A stretch of 63,479 nucleotides of DNA, counting the filler, from Circinaria calcarea (Eukaryota): NCBI GenBank assembly GCA_051942165.1. It is 41 parts of 41 records of this genome, joined end to end, with 100 filler letters (N's around TTAATTAATTAA, not from the genome) between each part and the next. Parts side by side here need not be neighbours in the genome. Positions count along the whole stretch, not along the records: positions 1 to 1,463 come from JAVECS010004681.1; positions 1,564 to 3,026 come from JAVECS010004682.1; positions 3,127 to 4,586 come from JAVECS010004683.1; positions 4,687 to 6,145 come from JAVECS010004684.1; positions 6,246 to 7,704 come from JAVECS010004685.1; positions 7,805 to 9,263 come from JAVECS010004686.1; positions 9,364 to 10,822 come from JAVECS010004687.1; positions 10,923 to 12,380 come from JAVECS010004688.1; 33 more parts are not named here. One strand, given 5' to 3'. Position 1 is the stretch's first letter. Every line of letters starts with the position of its first letter. A program made the translations under genes and the position numbers. Positions 1 through 13,218 of the stretch are shown piece after piece. The notes under the pieces were generated by a model. The model was not told where the DNA came from and searched no databases. It saw only the letters and a program-made list of their open reading frames with translations.

Positions 1-1463
1 CCATCTTGACCATCTGTGGGTGGTGACGAGACTGAACAGTAGCGTGCAAAGGATAGGCTCCGATATAAGCAGTAAATGTTATGACCGGCCAAGTTAACTG
101 CACGGAGCGAGTGGTATGGCGCCAAGGGTTGAAGGGAGACCGGGGGCGTAGCTTGACGAATGTTTCTATCTGTGCTATAAACATGTTAGGGTCGTGGGTA
201 TAGATCTAGACGCGTGTCAAGATGGTTGGAATCGGTGTATCTCTAGAATGCTAGCTTCATGCTACACAATGCTAGAACGAAGCATTCCCCTAGAAGAAGT
301 TCCGCCCGTGGTAGCGTGTTGACCATGTGTAGGGTTATGCCCAAAGTAGAATGGCCGTTGAAGTATACCCACTGCTAATCGCATTGAAGGCCTCAATGCC
401 GTAGTTAGTGCATATGAAACCTTTAATCACTAGGAGTGTTGAATAGAGATGGCGAGAGTCATGGAGCACACGCTATCAGCATGAACTTCCCTCGAGTTTA
501 AAGGGACCACCAATGGTGACATGAGGATAGAGTATGAACAGGACATAGATGATGGAAGCTATATGTGAGCTCTTCAAAACACAACCAAAGTTGACGCTCA
601 CGGTTGCCTCCCCTAAAGCACTACCTAGACTTTGCCGGTGGCAGTGTGTTGTCGGCGGAAGTCAGTCTCGGAAGCGTCTTCAATTGGATGATCGATACTA
701 TTCACATTTCTCAAGCATTGTAATGGAATCGGAGCGAGAAGAAAGAGCATATAAAAAGCCCCACCCCACCCTTCTTACCAATGACTCATCTCAGCCCAGT
801 CAGGGAACACAACGTCGGCCATGATCAATGAATAGTGGACGCATTCCTCCCTCGTACTTGTTCTTTCTTTTCATCTCTTCATCTCTTAATGCAGTTCTTC
901 ACCCTTCAGTCTTTGGTTCCTTTCTACCGAGCACCCTCTCTACCAGACCGGGCCAGCGCTTGCGTTGAAGAAAGAGAGATTTTGGCCATGCTTTGTCATT
1001 TGCCACCCCCGAGACAGGAACCGGTTCGTGATAGCCCACCTCCAAGATTTCCTCGATATTGTCGACATTAGACGAACTCGACTGATCAGTCTCATCAGAA
1101 ATGCTCTTATGCTCTTTATCGACTCCATATCTGATCCATCATGGGAGCTTTGCTGCAATGACGTTAGACCAACTGGATCGAGCACAGCCTCGCATAGGCG
1201 AGCCGGGCCGTTTTTGCTAAGCACACTAATGCGGGGCGCACCCGCCTTCCGGGAGATTAGGGGCACCATAGCATACCCCGGAATGCCACCTCCAGGCCAA
1301 TGCTGCAGCTCAGTACCTCAGCAAAGGTGTGGTCTGTCACCAGTCACGTTTGTTCGGGCTGGTGGTGGACCGCACCCCGTCCTCTGCTCTGCTCAACTCA
1401 ATTGACACCGAGATGAGGTCCAAGTAGCTGGCTGCTGCGATCCGTCAGACGGTTTGGGCTGCA

Positions 1464-1563
1464 NNNNNNNNNNNNNNNNNNNNNNNNNNNNNNNNNNNNN
1501 NNNNNNNTTAATTAATTAANNNNNNNNNNNNNNNNNNNNNNNNNNNNNNNNNNNNNNNNNNNN
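1464..1563. other. Artificial contig spacer (N44-TTAATTAATTAA-N44); first of 40 such spacers
   Basis: Identical 100-nt block every ~1.55 kb; TTAATTAATTAA gives stops in all six frames; contig lengths fall monotonically from 1463 to 1438. Confidence 0.99.
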
Positions 1564-3026
1564 CGGCCCTTCTGCTGCTGCTGAATCAACTTACCCAAGT
1601 CACTGTCAAAGCAGATCTTGCAATTGATCTCGTGCGGGGATAGCCCATCTGCCCGGTACTGTCCTACCGCCTTTGACATGGCGGTGCAGTGGTAATCGGG
1701 GCCAGGATACATCTGATGGTGATCTTCCATATACACAGGCCAGTGGGCGTTGAGGCTGCAGAGTGTCATGAAGTTTTCGACCGGGTCCACGTGGGCGGCA
1801 TCCATGTTGCGTTGGCAGCGATCGCCGAGGTGGGCGTCTTTGTCGACCCAAGATTCGAAGCCGGCTTCCCGGAAGAAGTAGGCGGTCTCGTTGCCGTAGG
1901 AATCTCCACAGGTGCAAGGTAGGGCACGATTGTCCTTGGCCTTCTTGACGAGGAAGTCTTGAGGCTTGATGCTCTCATCGTAACAAACTGGCAAGAAGCT
2001 ACCGGATGTCGTGTCCACCGTGTCTTCCATCAGGTCCTTGATGCTGGGAAATGGCTGTGACTGGTTGAACCGGTGTGCTTGCCAATGGTCGTAGGAGCCT
2101 TTCAGAAAGGGGACTAGATCCATGTCCCAGTTGTTGCCCGGCTGGCTGACCTCGTCGAGACCGAAGAGTGCAATGTTCTTGGCGTGAACACTGTTGTGCC
2201 AGCATTGAGCCTGGCACATGGTTCGTGGCGCCGGACAGAACCGCGTGGTCGCTACTTCGCCGTGCGCAGCGAGCAACTCGTCCGCGCACTTGCCACTTTC
2301 ATCTTTGGCGGAATACGAATCGTCAGAACTGCAATGGATATGGCACATCTGAGACTTTAGAGCTGCAGAGATCATTGTATTCTTGAACGTGTTCGTCATG
2401 TCCCTGTATGACAATTCAGACTGAGTCTTTGCGGACCCCCGTTGGGATGATGCGTTGAACTTACTGCTCGATTAGACTAGGATTATCAACAAACCTTGCA
2501 TGCTCCTTGTGCGTTAGGCCGACAAAAGTACCACCCATGATCTGATCAGCCATCACCGACCAATCGTTTGGTGGGAAAGTCCCTATATCAACTGTAAGCA
2601 TCACCATATCTGCAATGGCCTTCAGCAACCGACCGTTTTGACCGAAGCCAACACCACCGTTGATCTCCGCCATGTTGCTATCCACCTGACTGCGGTATGC
2701 ACGAACGGTTCTTTGTATCAGCATGCCGAGGTCACGGTTATGAACCTGTTCTGCATCCTTCGGGGCATTCGGGTACATTCCGCACACACCCTTGTTCACA
2801 GCAGGGCTTTCCAACTGGGAAAAGGTCAATTGCTCGCAAGTTAATCCAGTGTCCATGGAGTACTAACCATGATCGGAAACGCATTGAGCGCGTTGGGGAT
2901 TGTCTGACCCGACATTGGGAGCACATGATCATTCCACGGTTTCGCAGCCTTCTCGGGAACTTCCTCTTGCCACGTCTTAGGGTCTTTCTTGGGCTCTTGC
3001 ATTCTCCGATTGCTTTTGTTGTAGAA
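1564..3026 (-). CDS. Cys-rich hypothetical protein, internal fragment, multi-exon
   Basis: ORFs 2461-2856 and 1564-2414 join in frame through a GTAAGT...TACAG intron (2464-2404); open frame continues to the contig edge; many Cys, no family recognised. Confidence 0.7.
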
Positions 3027-3126
3027 NNNNNNNNNNNNNNNNNNNNNNNNNNNNNNNNNNNNNNNNNNNNTTAATTAATTAANNNNNNNNNNNNNNNNNN
3101 NNNNNNNNNNNNNNNNNNNNNNNNNN

Positions 3127-3530
3127 ATTCACCACGTCTGGCGCGTCCTCTGCCTTGAGGGTCAGGATGTCTTCGTTCTGTGCACATCGTAGGACCTTTG
3201 TAAGAGAGGTAAGGTTGATTCCAAGAGCGATATTGCGGTCGCAGCGGAATGGTGAGAAGGATTCGGCTTTGAGCATCATCGACACCAGCGCGACATGGGA
3301 ATTGTCCATAGCTTGTAGGGCAATGCCGGAGTCATTGCAGTCAAAGTTGCAATCCTGGACAAGATCTTTAATTGCTTCCACCACCTATCCGTCGAGTCAG
3401 TTTGCAGAGAAGCCTAAGCTCGGGGTCAAGGTAACCTACCTTCTTTAGCAGATTCGCCTGCTCCAACCGTGCTTCGAGCACTGATACGACCACGAGTTCG
3501 TGATTGCATACAATGCATAGCATTACTACT
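3127..3530 (-). CDS. POL30: Proliferating cell nuclear antigen (PCNA), 5' part
   Basis: [47 protein letters not shown]...; introns at 3439-3385 and ~3529-3481. Confidence 0.98.
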
Positions 3531-3780
3531 TTTGGGAGATACCAACTTTTGCTGCTATTCCGAAAAAAATCGAGTGAGAGAGAGGCGCAGAAAAGCTGAA
3601 GAGTTGGCCTCGATGGTCGGTGGATATTAGACAGTACTGCGGACGGGAAGGAATTGGCGTTGACACGAAGATGGTGCTGAACTCAAAGCTTTGTAGCGGT
3701 AACCGTGTTTGCAGAGACCTGGAAAATAGTTGACAATATTTTACAACACTCTCCAAGATCGGGGCTTATCTTCGAGCAAA

Positions 3781-3808
3781 TCGCGCTCCGCGACTTTCTG
3801 ACGCGACT
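3781..3808. promoter_or_regulatory. MCB-like CGCG cluster upstream of PCNA
   Basis: TCGCGC, CCGCGA and ACGCGA within 28 nt, ~250 nt upstream of the start; MBF/MCB control of PCNA is established in yeasts. Confidence 0.45.
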
Positions 3809-4849
3809 TCGGAATTATTCTACTTAAGCGAAGTGGTCCCCCTCGAGGACTAGCTCCATCTCATTAGCCTGGCGGTTCGCCGTAGTACAGCCCTATGTGC
3901 CTACGTGTCCCATTGGCCTTTGGTGACAATCTCCATTCATTTACCAACTATTGTGACCATCGCCCACATCAGAGACAACCAACCGCAAGATGACCCCCAA
4001 TGTTGGTGAGGCTTGAGAAGGTACAATTTCAGCAATCCTCACCATTCTCTACGGGATGGAGGATCTAATCTGTTGTTCTGAAATGTTGTCCGTATCACAA
4101 CATCTACAGTTCGAAGCTGGATGAAGAGCCTAAGCTAGGGCTAGCATATCCGTACAAATCAAGTCTATCAAAGTAATGTCGCTAAGATATCCATCTTGTC
4201 TGTATAGGGTATGTATGGTCAGAGTCTGCGTAGTAGATACGCGGCTCCCATAGTAGGACTACGCGACGGACGTGGCGGCATTCTCTGTTGGTTGTTCATC
4301 AATCAGCTATGTTGTCTTACCAGGTAGGAAGACAACTGAAAGAAACTAGGCTGTGGTCAGCGGAGGTTAGCTATCTCAATCACTCAGAGATTCAGCTTTC
4401 CCTTGTTATTCTCTATGATACGAAACACACCGTTGGTTTGCGGACGAAATTCGATATCTGGGAACTGCGCCGAAGGGAAACGTGGTGTCACGTTTGATCA
4501 TGCCTTCAACTCCTGTTGCGTTCCCACGAGTTGTGATCTTGGCATGCTATTGTTTTCTGAATCGTTGTGATTATTCTATAAGAACTNNNNNNNNNNNNNN
4601 NNNNNNNNNNNNNNNNNNNNNNNNNNNNNNTTAATTAATTAANNNNNNNNNNNNNNNNNNNNNNNNNNNNNNNNNNNNNNNNNNNNGATTTGAACCCAAT
4701 TTTATCGATGTTCCCGCCCTGAATATTTTCGCACCTAGTGCTTTCATGCAGAGCTTCTATGCCTTTACCGAGTAGGGTGAGAAGTAGCCAGTTCAGGTTC
4801 CCACTTGCTGCGCCCTGCCTGGTGGAAAGCACCCAGACAGGCATGTATG

Positions 4850-6075
4850 TACCTGCGTGCTCTCCCGTGCTGCTCCCTTCGAAGGGGCCATGCTCCCTTT
4901 CCTGAACGAAGACGGTAATTTATGATTGCAGTTCGGGGTATATAATATATATATATTTTTTATATATTCCCCGAGATAGGGGTGGGCTTGATCCGTTTTT
5001 AGTGTGGAAAGGGAGCAGGGCTGCTTTAGAGGGAGCAGCAAGAGAGTAACGGGGGAGCATGAGGGAGTATCGAGGGAGTACCGGGGCGAAGAAAGCGAGC
5101 AAAGGGGGGCGCAGCAAAAGAGGAGAGGTTCTGGCTCCTTGGAGAGCTTAATTTGACTACTATACTTATTCGGCTGTAGTTGCTCCTATTATTTATTCAG
5201 TAATATTGCCTGGCTCAGCCTGCTGCTGCCTAGACTCCTACAGCTTCGCCGGCTCTTAACTTCATCTTATGCTAATAAAATACTTATTGATAAAGGCCTA
5301 CCGTTAAAGATCATTAGGTGGGGTTCTAGTAAAGCTCATTAGCCTTTAAAATAAAAAGCTACTAGCCCACTTTTTTAAATATCGAGTTCTGGTATGCCCA
5401 GAAATAGAAGAAAGGTGTTATATTAGAAAATAAAAGCGATTAAACCCACGCGGGCTCTGCCCCGGGCTCTGCCTAAGATCACCTACTCGAGATTATATTT
5501 TATAATAGGCGCTTTATACTGCGCCCCATTACTGCCGCAGCCTCCAAGGGCCAGAATAGGTTATATTCTTAGGCGTACGCTTCCGTAAATTCAATCCCCG
5601 CCCAATAGCCTCTTTCTTCCCTTTTCTCAGCCCAAAACCTCGAAGCTAAAGTATTTTTATTTAAAATCTAATATAATACCTATAAACGCATTCGGACCGG
5701 ATACTTGAAATGCCCTAAAACGAGGAACGAAGTTGAAGGGTTATAAATCTGGGCACAACCCGGTCCGATCCAAGCAAAATTCTACCGGAGTCTCAGCAGA
5801 ACACTTAAAGTGGCCGTAAAGGGTTTAGTTTTTTATACTTTTCGGCCTAGTTTTCTGTCCATTTTAGGCCTTAACTCTTACCTTTACCAGATATCCCTAA
5901 ACTATGCCGTATCCGGTTAAATGCCGCAGCAGGTCCCCCCCCCCTATTTTTAATAATTAATTATTATAAAATAATAAGAGTAATTGGCGCAGTAAAAATT
6001 AAATATATTATAAATTAAATATATATAAATAAAAATTAATTATTAATAAATTAATTATTTAAATATTTAGGCCTA
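4850..6075. mobile_element. Degenerate AT/TpA-rich repeat relic (probable RIP-mutated transposon)
   Basis: TpA-rich, stop-ridden sequence with GC islands and repeated GGGAGCA motifs. Confidence 0.5.
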
Positions 6076-6245
6076 TGAACAAGCCTTCCATGTGACGTGA
6101 CTCTAACCTCCTTTTCAACCTCCTCCTCTATTATAGCAGCCATTGNNNNNNNNNNNNNNNNNNNNNNNNNNNNNNNNNNNNNNNNNNNNTTAATTAATTA
6201 ANNNNNNNNNNNNNNNNNNNNNNNNNNNNNNNNNNNNNNNNNNNN

Positions 6246-6961
<716 letters not shown>

Positions 6962-7804
6962 AGTCAGAGACTACCAAAAGTCATTGGCTATGGGTGAATA
7001 AAAATTGGAGTGGTAGTTGGCAAGTAGGAGAAGATGTAAGATCATAGGACAGATTGTATGACATGTATTCATCTTCTTCCATATATAGCAAAGTTTCTAT
7101 CAACACCAGTATAACTATTGAATAAATAAGATCATTTAAGTCAAAGAGAAACTCGGTACTTGGCAAGTGATCAATCCAGAAATGGGGTATGGAATGCGAC
7201 ATCCCCATAAAGAGGAAAAGTCAATACGATAGCGTTACCATAGACTCCATTATACCCTCCACCATATGGTACTATTTCTTACAATTTATAGGATAGACCA
7301 GAGCATCGATAACGAAACGATGAGGACCGAAAGATATGCAGTGGAAAACAAGTCTTAGCTTACCTCCTACTCTTAGCCCTCATCTTCCAATTTAGGTCTC
7401 GCTAAATTCTATCGCGCCTCCTCTGACTTGGAGTAATGTACGCGACGCGCTGAACACTGCTCAGGTTAAGACTCAAATCACTGTCTCCCATATGGATTGA
7501 GTTAAATCATCAAGACCAAAGTAGGATGGATATGGGCATATGGTACTGAAGCCTCCTTCGTCAATCCGCCTTCATTATGCCTACCCGAACCCGCAACGCA
7601 TCCTCGATAGCAGTGGAAGCTATGGAAGTCCCAGAAGAGCCCCAACACCTAATGCCAGGCCTGCAGTTTAACGAGCCATTGTCATGGCGTGCAGGGAAGC
7701 CAATNNNNNNNNNNNNNNNNNNNNNNNNNNNNNNNNNNNNNNNNNNNNTTAATTAATTAANNNNNNNNNNNNNNNNNNNNNNNNNNNNNNNNNNNNNNNN
7801 NNNN

Positions 7805-9263
7805 CTCACAACAAGGTATGCACAGATATGGGGCCTACTCGATCGACTGGAATTTGCGCTACGTAAAGTGGAGCTCGCAAGGTGGGAGCATGAACGCATC
7901 CAGGAAAATTTATCATCTGGGTTGGAAGACCGCCGCGGTGATGAAAGGGAGGAAGCGAGGTTTCTGCAGCGGCTCGAGAAGGATTTATCGAAGTTCGGCT
8001 TAAGTAATGAAAAAGTTGATCAAGCCATTGCAAGCCTTAAGGCACACAACGCCGGGGCTGTAATGAGGGCAGAAGTCACACATGTTGTATCTAGGAATGA
8101 ACAGATGTTTGAGGTGTTGCATTCTCTTGGAGCATCTTGGGACATCCATCATGTCGGTAATCCCGCAGTCTTTCGTTTTTCTTGACCGTGATACTGAAAC
8201 AATCAGGAAAACCCCGATTGCTGCGTTGTTAAACGTTGGATACCAGGGTATCTAGAGGATATTCTATGGGAGCATACATGTCAGCTTCTGTCCAACTGCT
8301 CAAATGAAGCACTTAACCAGTCAGTTGGTCATGACGTGTTGGTCCCAAAAAGTACACCGCAGAGCAATTCACTGTCAGCACCTTTCAAGAGCTTAGCTTA
8401 TGATCAGCCTCCTCCATTGATCCATGGACCAGTCGACTTGGACCAATCGGTTATGGCGGCTCCAAATTCCACATACAGTGAAAGATTGGGTCAAGGACCG
8501 CCACGTAAGAGCCACACAAGGTCCAGGAAGGGTTGCAAGGTTTGTAGGAAGAGACGCATTCGTTGTGATGAGCAGTTTCCGTGGTAATATGACACAATCA
8601 TAACTACATATTGACTCTTAACAGACGGCTAATACAATGGTAGTCGTAACTGCACCAAGCATAGACTCAAGTGCGACTACATGGATGATCAACCAGCATC
8701 GGGAAACCAAGCGCTCTTTGTAGATAACACAGACATGGTATCCCCTGAAAGCCGACCACTCTCTGATTATCCGGCACCTACTACTCGAACATCAGAAGTC
8801 GGAATTCCAATGATGGAGGATTATTGGGATACTTCTAGAGTATCTAAAAGCCCAGGATACTCAGAAGAGAGGTTTGAGGGTCGATTTTTCAGCGATGATA
8901 CACATCCCAAAGGCCAGCAAATTCCTTCCCCAAGCACAACTTTTGGAACTAGATATAATGCTTTTGGTAAGGTTATTGAAGATGGTGGCGAGGATCTGAG
9001 ACAGCACCCAAAGACTTTAGCGCAATATCCTCGGGAACAGCCTCTTAAGGACGTAAATTCAGTGCAGAAGGGGGGTAAAATACCTCGCGATGCACGGTGG
9101 ACTAAAATTGATCGCAAGCTTGTAAGCCCTGAAGTCTTGGCGGAAGGAAACGAAAGATTTGAAACACGGGATGAATATGTTATAGTTCTAAGGGTATTAA
9201 CAAAAGAAGAGATACAGCACTATGCAATGAGGACAAAGATGAAAGAGATTAAGAGAACGAGGC
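7805..9263 (+). CDS. Zn(II)2Cys6 cluster protein with a C-terminal conserved fungal domain (DUF8035-like), partial
   Basis: RKSHTRSRKGCKVCRKRRIRCDEQFP-C(split by intron ~8584-8643)RNCTKHRLKCDY; C-terminal WTKIDRKLVSPEVLAEGNERFETRDEYVIVLRVLTKEEIQHYA. Confidence 0.8.
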
Positions 9264-9555
9264 NNNNNNNNNNNNNNNNNNNNNNNNNNNNNNNNNNNNN
9301 NNNNNNNTTAATTAATTAANNNNNNNNNNNNNNNNNNNNNNNNNNNNNNNNNNNNNNNNNNNNTGGAGCCATGGCTCCATTAAATGCTGCTCTCCGGCGC
9401 AAACCATACAATGTTATATGTCTGTATTTATATATGACCAGCCTGCCTATCTTTCCCACCTTCTCCCACTGCCTTTAAGTGTCAAGAGCTAGGTAGAGGA
9501 AAGAAAGGTGCAGCATCCTTCGTCTTCACTCTAGTCTCCGCGCAATTTCTTCAGC

Positions 9556-10822
9556 ATGAAGTTCTCCATGCCAAACAACTCGACGAAGAAAGTCCACGAC
9601 GATGGGTCCTCCCCGGAAGCCACCGAGCTTCCCCGGTCCTATGCGCAAAGGAACACCGTTCCTCTGGAGAACCTTGAGAAGGGTCGATGGGAGCGAAGTT
9701 GGCCGACGATCGCCTGTGGAGCAGGCCTGTTCTCTGATGGCTACCTCAACGGGTAATGCCCTCATTCACCCCTCCGAACTGGAAAAGGGCTATGCTGAAT
9801 TTTGGCGGAAATCCAGAGTCATCGGATCCGTCAATACCATGCTCAGTACCATCTACCCGGTAGCCTATGCCGCATCTCCGGCCCGCTCCAACGTGTCCTC
9901 CATTGCCTTTGCCGGAACGGTGGTGGGCCAATTATTCTTCGGCTGGTATAGCGACCATTTCTCGCGCAAATGGGCTCTGTTGATATCGACAATCATATTG
10001 ATTGTGTTTGCCGCACTGGGCGCAGGATCCTATGGTTACCACGGCAGTACATACGGTCTCTTTGCTGCTCTGACGGCTTACCGCTTTCTTTTGGGTATTG
10101 GTATCGGGTCAGTTTCCTTGAGGAGGTGCCCAGGATTTTTAAACCACTGATCATCTGTAGGGGTGAGTACCCAGCTGGTAGTGTGGCCTGTGCCGAGAGT
10201 ACTGGCGAGCTAAAAGCCGGACACCGTAACCGATGGTTCATCATGTTTACCAATGTTCAAATCGATATTGGATTTGTTGTTTCGGCTTTGGTTCCTATGA
10301 TTGTGGTCCTCATCACTACGGAAAACCACCTGCGTGCGGCATGGCGGATATGTCTTGGCGTCGGAGTGATTCCTCCTCTCAGTTTGTTTTATTTACGACT
10401 AAAGCTGCAGGAACCGGAAGAATTCAACAGGGAGACCATGAAGGATACTCGTACCCCGTGGTGGTTGGTTATCAAGTAAGGCACCCGCAGACTAGAACAT
10501 GCACCGATACGGCACTAATGGTCCCAGGTTCTACTGGTTCCGCCTCACCATCGTCTCCTTGATTTGGTTCATCTACGATTTCTCCTCGTATTCCTTCAGC
10601 ATCTACTCCTCGTCTTGGCTTGCCATCATCCTAGGTGATACCGCGCCGTTATGGAAATCTTTTGGCTGGAATACCGTCATCAATCTCTTCTACATCCCGG
10701 GAGCAATCATCGGCGCCTTTGTCAGTGACTGGATCGGGCCTCGTTCCACTCTAGCCGCCGGTGTTCTCGCCCAAGGAATCGTCGGTTTCATCATGGCAGC
10801 CTGTTATCCTCTTCTCAACACC
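9556..10822 (+). CDS. GIT1: MFS glycerophosphoinositol/glycerophosphocholine permease (GIT1/PHO84 family), 3'-truncated
   Basis: ACGAGLFSDGYLN, GTVVGQLFFGWYSDHFSRK, RFLLGIGIG|GEYPAGSVACAE, WFIYDFSSY; 3 introns. Confidence 0.88.
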
Positions 10823-11742
10823 NNNNNNNNNNNNNNNNNNNNNNNNNNNNNNNNNNNNNNNNNNNNTTAATTAATTAANNNNNNNNNNNNNNNNNNNNNN
10901 NNNNNNNNNNNNNNNNNNNNNNGTTCTTGCGGTGTTCTCGTCACCAAGCACAGTAGTGCTGCAAAGGTGCTCAAAGTCAACGAGTTTTGGAGGCATAATC
11001 GGTCATGAAGGAACCAAATGATCTGCTCCGCAAGGCTGGCAGACGGGCCGGGAGTTCTCAGGCGGCCTAAAGAAATCTTTCTTGAACCTGTAAGCGGAAA
11101 TGCTGGGTATGAATGTGATTAGAGAAGGCATGTACTTGACCGAGCTTTAAGGGTGTCACGACAATGAGCCACTCAGGTGAGGTGTCATGGAAAGGGGTGA
11201 TACTGTAAGCATGTAGTGGAGGTCACTTTGAATACGACAAAGACTCCATGATTGGAAGTCTCAGCATCCATAATCGCCATAAGCCTGATCGCATTCATGG
11301 CGCAATTGCTCTATCGAGCCGGGTTATTATAATGTCTTCATGCGCACACTCTGAGTTGACACATATTCAAAGCCGCTCTCTGATATCTTACTGTAGTGAC
11401 GGGCACCACACAGATACTCGTGTGACTTCACTGCATAACAACCATAAAAATTGGATGAAGAAGACAATTCTGTTGCCCTTATGATGAGCCTTAAGCCGCA
11501 GTATTGACGCTAAACTTGATGTGGTAGCACCGCGTCAGGAAGTTTTCTGAATAGCAAAGCTCAAATAGAGTTAAATAAATTCACATCAATAGTACACGGG
11601 GACCTCATAATCACGGCTGCCTCTCACCCGGTCAAGTCAGCCCTTCTCTCACCGAGCTACCTATAAAGCAATATCCTCAGCCCTCACCGTTCTCTAACCG
11701 ACTCGACAGAGTTTGAAAGCTTCAACCTTCCACAACACGAGT

Positions 11743-12380
11743 ATGGCGGACACCATGGACTTCAAGAATGAACATCGCGATGCTCATGATGACGGTGGTG
11801 ACGATGAGGTATGATTATCCCACGCTGTTCAAAGGGATTCACCATGCGCCTACAACGCTCTGCTCCAAACACATGTTCAGCCTGGAGAGATCGTGGACAT
11901 GCATTGCTCACTTCCGTCTTTAGGAAGAGATCGCTGCTATGAAGCGTCGTGTTGCCGAAATGGAGTCAGAAGCTGCCAAGTTGCGCGAAATGCAAAGCCA
12001 GCTCGACCAACAATCAGAAACTCTACAACGCGAAGATCGGGAGGATGTCGATGCCAGGAGCATCTTTGTGGGCAACGTGGATTATGGGGCGACACCGGAA
12101 GAGATACAAGCACATTTCCAAAGCGCAGGCTCTATCAACCGAGTGACGATCTTGCTGGACAAATTCACTGGTCATCCGAAGGGGTGGGTTCCAAGATACC
12201 TTACACATGCCTTCTAGGGGCGCATCCTGCACAGACTCTACAAGATCTTTTCAAGACATCCATGCTACCTGGCAAGAGATGGACCGCTAATGGTATCGCG
12301 CAGGTATGCATATGTGGAATTTACGGAGCCAAGTCTGGTCGCGCAAGCCCTTGTTCTTAATGAAAGCCTCTTCCGTGGAC
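11743..12380 (+). CDS. pab2: Nuclear poly(A)-binding protein 2 (PABPN1/Pab2), 3'-truncated
   Basis: [24 protein letters not shown] coiled coil plus [23 protein letters not shown]...GHPKG|YAYVEF. Confidence 0.95.
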
Positions 12381-12480
12381 NNNNNNNNNNNNNNNNNNNN
12401 NNNNNNNNNNNNNNNNNNNNNNNNTTAATTAATTAANNNNNNNNNNNNNNNNNNNNNNNNNNNNNNNNNNNNNNNNNNNN

Positions 12481-13218
12481 TTTCCTTCCATCACGAGTGC
12501 CTTTATGGGCACTGACCCCAGTAAGGACTCCAGGAACAACACAATCACATACAACCCCATCTTCACAAACATGTACACCCAAGGGAACGTCCCTCCCGTC
12601 TTCAGCCTCGCCCTCAACCGCGGCAACGGATCGGGCGGTGTCCTGGCAATCGGCGGCTTACCCAAAGTACCCTACAACCGCCAATTCGCCAGCTCGCCCT
12701 TCCAAGTCCTCACCGTGCACAACGCCGCAGCCCCAACCAGCTCAAAGCCCCAGTACCAGTTCTACACCATCACCGTCCAAGGCTTCGAGATCCTCGGCGC
12801 CAAATACACATCTTACAGCCACGGGGCACACCCGAACCCCTTCGGTTTGCCCAACTATCCGCAAAAAGAACAAGTCATTGTTGACAGCGGCACCACGCTC
12901 AATTACCTCGCATCCGAGATCGCATATATTACCAACTCCTTATTCAACCCTCCCGCCCGATTCGACGAGATTATCGGTGGGTTTACGGTCGAGTGCGACG
13001 CCGTACCGCCCACGTTTGGTGTTGATATCTCGGGCCAGACGTTTTTCATCAACGCGGCGGACCTCATTGTGGATACGGGTGATGGGACGTGTATATCGGG
13101 TATCCAGGACGCCGGGAACTCGTTCGCGATCTTGGGAGACGTGTTTTTGAAGAATGTCCTGGCCGTCTTCGATGTCGGAGCGGCGCAGATGCGGTTCGCG
13201 GCGAGGGAGTACTATTGA
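12481..13218 (+). CDS. Pepsin-like (A1) aspartic protease, C-terminal half
   Basis: IVDSGTT catalytic motif, ILGDVFLKNVLAVFD, terminal MRFAAREYY*. Confidence 0.95.
   Translation, partial: FPSITSAFMGTDPSKDSRNNTITYNPIFTNMYTQGNVPPVFSLALNRGNGSGGVLAIGGLPKVPYNRQFASSPFQVLTVHNAAAPTSSKPQYQFYTITVQGFEILGAKYTSYSHGAHPNPFGLPNYPQKEQVIVDSGTTLNYLASEIAYITNSLFNPPARFDEIIGGFTVECDAVPPTFGVDISGQTFFINAADLIVDTGDGTCISGIQDAGNSFAILGDVFLKNVLAVFDVGAAQMRFAAREYY

Noticed and set aside
1..1463. Several 80-146 aa ORFs on both strands
   Set aside because: No recognisable motif or consistent exon structure
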